Assembly: GCA_964016885.1 (NCBI GenBank)
Contig: OZ024745.1
Span: 33,108,001-33,172,000, forward strand
Direction: 5' to 3'
From: Eledone cirrhosa
Lineage: Eukaryota
Length of the DNA: 64,000 nucleotides
In this document: piece by piece, positions 59,824-64,000 of the stretch
How positions within the stretch are numbered: the stretch's first letter is position 1
How the letters are laid out: each line of letters starts with the position of its first letter
Position numbers and translations under genes: made by a program
The notes under the pieces: generated by a model
Seen by the model: only the letters and a program-made list of their open reading frames with translations
Databases searched by the model: none
What the model was told of the DNA's origin: nothing

Positions 59824-59952
59824 TCACACTTTATAACTATTGTTTACTCTGGACCTAATGTTTTTAATTTTCAATCCATTGAGTGCTTTGTGATTGCCTC
59901 TAACAATTTGAATAGTACTTGCTGTACAACAGCTAAAACTTCAATTTACACC

Positions 59953-59994
<42 letters not shown>

Positions 59995-61747
59995 CATAAA
60001 AAAACAACATTTTTTTCTTTGATCTGTTGGTTGGCTGTTCTTTACCTTTGTACACACCTGCACAGTAGTGTAACTGTCTTTCTTCTCCCCCCCCCCTGTC
60101 CTTCTTTCATTGCAGCATATGTCCTGTTGTCATACATTCACTTTTTAACTTTATTTCTTCCTCCCTCTCTCCTTCCCTTCCCCACCTGCTTTTTATATTG
60201 TTGCTCCTGTCCCTCCTGTCCTTGACATTATCAATGTCTGAACACAGAGCATACAGACTCCTCTACATACATCTGAGTAAATAAGATACAGTATGAATAT
60301 TTTAATACAGGCAACCTCAGGTGTTCAAAGGATTAAAAACAATAATGATAGCCTTAACCCTTTGGAAACCAACTTGCCCAAAACTGCCCTTGGTTCTATA
60401 AAACAAAGTTACCCACTTTAAAAGGGTTCCTGTATAATTTAAAATCTTCCAACATAATTTTATTTAGACACCATATTTTATGTTATCTTCTTAATAATGA
60501 AATAATCAATAATTTTAATAAATCTCTCCATATTCTTTCATAACTAATTCAAATACAATGTATTTCATTAGAAATATAGTAATGAAAGGATTATTATTTT
60601 ATGTAAAGGCATTATCATTACAACATCTCAATACAAAATTTGCTTCTCAAATACATAAAATATGCTTCTATATAATTGTTTGTATTCATCATCATCATCA
60701 TCATCATTTTACGTCCGCTTTTCCCTGCTTGAAAGGGTGGGACGACAACTGATTCTGGCTTGATTTCTACAGCTGGATGCCATTCCTAATACCAACCTCA
60801 TTTACAGTGAGTGCTGGGTGCTTTTTTGCCGTGGCATCTCCACGACCACTTTGTAGCTGAGTAAACTGGAGCAATGTGAAATAAAGTGTCTTGCTCAAGG
60901 AAACAACACATCACCCGATCTGAGAATTGAACTCTCAACCTTTCGATTGCAAGGCCAATGCTCTAACCACTAAGCCATGTGCCTCCATGTGTTTGTTAAC
61001 TGTTAAACATTGGTGTAATATGTTGTCATCGAGATGGTGACAGCTGTCTTAAAACTGATATTCCAGTGGGTCAATGCATCTTAGTGTACAACACTAAGAA
61101 AAGATGTTTATGAAATCAGATCAAATGTATGTGTGTCTATTATCATTATCATGCCTGCTTTTCTATGCTGTCCTGATAGTTTTTGAGGTAGTTTTTCTAC
61201 AACCAGATGCCCTTCTTGGCATTAATCCATACTGTATTTTTAAGTATGTTATTTACCACTGACCTCCAGTGGATTGCTAAGCTGCAGAATGTATTGTTTA
61301 TGCACAACATAAACAAATATCACATGGAGAAAGACACACTGCAAAAACATACACACACATATATTTAATGTCTATTTTTATGCTGCCATGTTATGAAACT
61401 AGCCAGGTCAAGTGATCACATCTTGCTCATATGCTCTATTTTTGGCTTGGTTTTCTACAACTAGATACCCTTTTAGGGTGGACTGGGTGCTTTTTGTAAT
61501 GACATCAGCACAAACCTTCAACAGGGTGGATTATATATATATATATATAGTGAACCATCTTTTGCTTACATATATTTCAGTTTTGGTATGGTTTTAACAG
61601 TTGGATGACTATCCTAACACCAAGCATTTTATAGAGTGTACTGGTTTCATTTTATTGTGGCACCAGCAGCTGAGAGGTTGTCAGGTTTTTGATATTGCTA
61701 AAGTCTCCCTACACTATATTACTGTTTAAATACACACACACACATGA

Positions 61748-62384
61748 GGGATCAGATGTTGTTTACTCGAGAGAAGGCTACGTTGGTACGGTCACGTGAT
61801 GCGCATGAAAGACGACAGCTGTATAACAAAGTGCAGGGCAATAAAGATAGACGGTAGCCACGGAGTAGGCAGACCCAGAAAAACCTGGGACGACATGATA
61901 AATTCCGACCTCACACGCTTACACCTCTCCAAGACAATGTCACTGGACCAAGACCTTTGGCGGTACTCAGTAATAGAGAAGACCCGCCTTACCTAAATAC
62001 AAAGTAAAAACCTACTACAGTCAGTAGGCATCTCTATCAAAACACACCCCCGTCCCACCACCTCCACCCCATCCACACCGCCCCTTTCAATGTAAAGTTA
62101 TGTTGGTCCCACAACATCCAGGCCGAAACAAATGAGATCGTGTGGGTGTCACTACAAAAAACACACAGTCCACGCTGTAAATGTGGCCGTGTAGGCAACA
62201 CGGTAAAAACCTCCCAGCCCCACACTGTAAATGTGGTTGGTGTTAGGAAGGGCATCCAGCTGTAGAAAACCCGCCAGACAGTCCTATGCGAGCAAGACAA
62301 CCACTCTTGCCTCAAGTGGGAAAACCCCCGTCCAAACCCATGCAAGCGTGGAACACGGACGCTAAACCCAATGATGATGATGAT
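61748..62384 (+). mobile_element. RTE LINE 3' end with (ATG)n tail
   Basis: ERRLRWYGHVMRM...GRPRKTW followed by the 3' UTR; this 3' UTR end is shared by many short (CAT)n-tailed repeats across the window. Confidence 0.9.
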
Positions 62385-62476
62385 ATGTATATATATATAT
62401 ATGTATATATACATGTATATATATATCTAACACCTTTCGTAACTGTACGCTTTGTTGTTGTTATTTACTTTTCCTA

Positions 62477-62523
<47 letters not shown>

Positions 62524-62538
62524 GTATATATATATATA

Positions 62539-62573
<35 letters not shown>

Positions 62574-63199
62574 GGGATGAGGTGATAAAAGCTGACCTTG
62601 CTCAATTGCACCTCTCAAAGGCGATGACACAGGACCGTGACCTCTGGCGTAATGCAGTAATACAGAAGAATCGACTTCCAACAGGTACAAGTCGAAGCTG
62701 AAGCATATAGACAATATGACCCCATCCCCTCCCACTGCAAAGTGGTCGTGGAGGTGTCACGACAAAAAAGCACCCAGCCCACACTGTAAAGTGGCTGTGT
62801 AGGCACCACGGTAAAAAAGAAAGAACCCAGCACTCACTGTAAATGAGGTTGGTGTTAGGAAGGGCATCCAGCTGTAGAAATCAAGTCAGAATCAGTTCCT
62901 GTATGAGCAAGACAAGGTCACCCGACCTAGCAGTGCCCACAACAGGACAACCCATCTAACCCATGCTAGCATGGAGAATGGACGTAAAACGGTGATGATG
63001 ATGATGATATATATATTTTATATATATCATCATCATCACCGTTTTACGTCCGTTCTTCCACGCTAGCATGGGTTAGACGGGTTGTCCTGTTGTGGGCAGT
63101 GTCTGGTCGGCTGACCATGCCTTGCTCATACAGGAACTGATTTGGCTTGATTTCTACAGCTGGATGCCCTTCCTAACACCAATATATCTATCATCATCA

Positions 63200-64000
63200 T
63201 CTTCATCATCATCGTTTAACGTCCGTGTTCCATGCTTGCATGGGTTTGGACGGAGGGTTTTCCCACTTGAGGCAAGAGTGGTTATCTTGCTCGCATAGGA
63301 CTATCTGGCGGGTTTTCTACAGCTGGATGCCCTTCCTAACACCAACCACATTTACAGTGTGGGGCTGGGAGATTTTTACCGTGTTGCCTACACGGCCACA
63401 TTACAGCGTGAACTGTGTGTTTTTTTACGTGACACCTACACGATCTCATTTGTTTCGGGCTGGATGTTGTGGCACCAACATAACTTTACATTGAAAGGGG
63501 CGGTGTGGATGGGGTGGGGGTGGTGTGACGGGGGTGTATTTTGTTAGAGATGCCTACTGACTGTAGTAGGTTTTACTTTGTATTTAGGTAAGGCGGGTCT
63601 TCTCTATTACTGAGTACCGCCAAAGGTCTTGGTCCAGTGACATTGTCTTGGTGAGGTGTAAGTGTGTGAGGTCGGAATTTATCAGCTCGTCCCAGGTTTT
63701 TCTGGGTCTGCCTATTCCGTGGCTACCGTCTATCTTTATTGCCCTGCACTTTGTTATACAGCTATCGTCCTTCATGCGCATCACATGACCATACCAACGT
63801 AGCCTTCTCTCGAGTAAACAACATCTGATCCCTCTTATTTCTAATTTTTTCCTTAGTTCGTTTATGCTTTGCCGTTCACGTATATTACTATTACACATCC
63901 AGCGGAGCATGCAAGCTTCGTTTCTCTCTAGTCTGCGTATATCCTCTGCACACAATGCCCAGGTCTCACTGCCGTGCAACATTGCTGTTCGTATGCAGGC
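63200..64000 (-). mobile_element. RTE LINE 3' part (extends beyond window), inverted relative to 61748-62384
   Basis: MLHGSETWAL...LRWYGHVMRM...GRPRKTW; highly similar to the 61.7-62.4 kb copy. Confidence 0.9.

Overview
AT-rich, microsatellite-dense eukaryotic DNA. The SINE/LINE families and (TA)n/(CAT)n content suggest a coleoid cephalopod such as Octopus, which is an inference. Two divergent intron-rich genes can be assembled from exons the ORF track mostly misses. SRRM1/SRm160 is on the minus strand (ATG at 12928, six coding exons in the window, PWI domain). TMEM181 is on the plus strand (two alternative first coding exons at 37017 and 41020, five shared exons to 57432). The ~20 kb between them is a nest of transposons: RTE and CRE LINE remnants, SINEs, a solo LTR and a young CsRn1-type Ty3/Gypsy element with a GGGAAAC plus pseudoknot frameshift signal. 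The same region holds a cluster of ORF-less elements carrying type I hammerhead ribozymes. Two of these are ~430-450 nt units with octamer motifs (retrozyme/Penelope-pLTR-like), and their inversion junctions repeatedly fall inside the ribozyme core. Other notable signals are a candidate poison exon in SRRM1 intron 3, an AG|GT site and dual promoters in TMEM181, a near full-length CR1 LINE with a possible -1 frameshift junction, and several large intronic inverted repeats. All calls come from reading the sequence by eye; no searches or folding programs were run.
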